Source of the DNA: Ignavibacteriota bacterium
GTDB taxonomy: Bacteria; Bacteroidota; Ignavibacteria; UBA10030; CAVZMI01
NCBI GenBank assembly: GCA_963776275.1
Contig: CAVZMI010000005.1
Coordinates: 54,176-118,175, forward strand
Direction of reading: 5' to 3'
Length of the DNA: 64,000 bases
Shown: in pieces, positions 62,454-64,000 of the stretch
How positions within the stretch are numbered: the first letter of the stretch is position 1
Layout: each line of letters opens with the position of its first letter
Made by a program: the position numbers and the translations under genes
Notes under the pieces: generated by a model
Seen by the model: the letters and a program-made list of their open reading frames with translations, nothing else
Told to the model about the DNA's origin: nothing
The model's database searches: none

Positions 62454-64000
62454 ATGAAGAATGATAGGAAAACAAAGAACAAACTGATTGAAGAGCTGGA
62501 ATCTGTTCGTAGGAAAGTGAAGAAGCTGGAAACGCTGCTGAAGAAACGTAAGCACACTGAACATGATATCACCGAGCGCAAGCAGGAGGAGCAGAAGCAA
62601 TTAAGACGCCTGGCGACGATAGTGCGAGACTCAAACGATGCGATCACAATACAGGATTTTGAGGGACGGATCACCGCATGGAACCACGGCGCTGAACTGA
62701 TGTATGGCTATAGCGAGGAAGAGGCGCTGCAGATGAGTATTTGGCACCTAACGCCCCCCAATAAAGAGGCAGAGCAAAAGGATTTTAACCACCGGCTGTT
62801 AGCGGGTGAAAAGATTTCCTCGTTTGAGACCCAACGGTTGACCAAAGACGGGCGTTTACTCGATGTGTGGATGACAGTAACGAAACTGATGGACGATACG
62901 GGCAAAATAATTGCTATTGCCTCTACGGAGCGTGACATCACCGAGCGCAAGCTCGCTGAATCCCAAAGGGAGGCGGAGTCGAGGCCAGCGAGCAGGAAGA
63001 GAAGAAATTGAGACGGTGGAATAGTGAGAGACTCAAACGATGCGATCACAATCCAGGATTTCGAGGGAGGATCACCGCCTGGAACCACGGTGCTGAACTG
63101 ATGTATGGCTATAGCGAGGAAGAGGCACTTCAGATGAACATGGGCGCCTCACGCCCCCCGACAAAGAGGAAGAGCAAAAGGATTTTACCCGCCGGCTGAT
63201 AGCGGGCGAAGCGATCACCTCGTTTGAGACCCAGCGGGTGACCAAAGACGGCCGCATTCTCGATATCTGGATGACCGTCACGAAACTGGTGGATAATGCC
63301 GGAAAACCGATTGGCATTGCCTCCACAGAGCGCGACATCACCGAGCGCAAGCAGGCAGAAGTAGAAAAGAAAAACGAGCAGCAGAGTTAATCATTGCCAA
63401 CAAAAAAGCTTGCCTTTCGAAACAAGAGAGAAGAAAAACGACAGCAGAATTAATTTATAGCTAATGAGGCGCGCCGGGAACATAACGAATACCTGGAAAA
63501 TTTACTCAACTACGCTAATGCTCCAATTATTGTTAAAATATCCATCATGAAAATGACAGCAACTAACGGAAAAACCTTCGAATCCCTTCCACTGGAAGAG
63601 CTGAAAAGGATGTAATTGGTAAATCTTTGGAAATCCTGTTTTCCATCTGCCCCTTCTTGATCAGTTGGGACCTGAAAGCTTCTGAGAAAAAAACCATTAA
63701 AGAGGCAAACAGTACCAGGATGTACATCGAAAATTATTATCCTTCATATCAATAAGCTTCTTTTTCCCGGACACTTCAATGGAATTCAGCAATTGTAGTA
63801 TTCAGGCGGACGGGAAAGACTCTTGTTGCCACAATCACTAGAGGCCATCAATATCACCGAACGCAAGCGGAAGGATGAGGGGAGCTTCCGTGCGGCATCC
63901 AGTCTATACCCGCAGACCTGATTGAAGCCAGGCCTGACTTCGCTGGTGACCGTGAGGATCCTCTCTAGATGGCAAGATCACCGATGTGAACACAATCTGA
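62454..64000 (+). pseudogene. inverted, increasingly frameshifted copy of the 5' part of the PAS kinase gene
   Basis: In frame to ~62985, then many indels; probably an assembly artefact. Confidence 0.7.

Larger units (their letters stand above)
59350..64000. repeat. giant inverted repeat/palindrome, centre 61654/61655, arms ~2.3 kb, running to the window end
   Basis: GTGTCACTTTCTTTT-CA-AAAAGAAAGTGACAC at the centre; identical ORFs at 61071-61268(-) and 62042-62239(+). The right arm ends in sequence matching ~59350-59380. Confidence 0.95.

Overview
Chromosomal window from an FCB-group bacterium, probably Ignavibacteria/Bacteroidota-like (inferred from seven proteins ending in 'N(Y/F)PNPFN(P/S)' type IX secretion sorting domains, plus a frameshifted eighth). 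It carries housekeeping genes (queA, ispD, plsY, gpsA, gdhA, pckG, an aspartate aminotransferase, thrC, apgM, thrA, cfa). An AT-rich secreted-protein island contains a complete IS3 element (4-bp TTTA target duplication) inserted in the signal peptide of an M6-like metalloprotease. There is also a Ser/Thr-kinase + sigma54-activator + Kelch/fibre-protein cluster, carbohydrate-active enzymes and three large PAS histidine kinases. The most unusual feature is at 4719-5470. An intact tRNA-Thr(CGT) sits inside the anticodon arm of a second tRNA-Thr-like shell. It is followed by a 252-bp tandem array of tRNA-Thr copies in which different short palindromes occupy the same tRNA positions. Related palindromes form a nested REP-like cluster at 52.9-53.25 kb. 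The last ~2.35 kb is a mirror image of the preceding sequence (centre 61654/61655), most likely a long-read fold-back artefact. Several single-base frameshifts in conserved genes also point to consensus errors.
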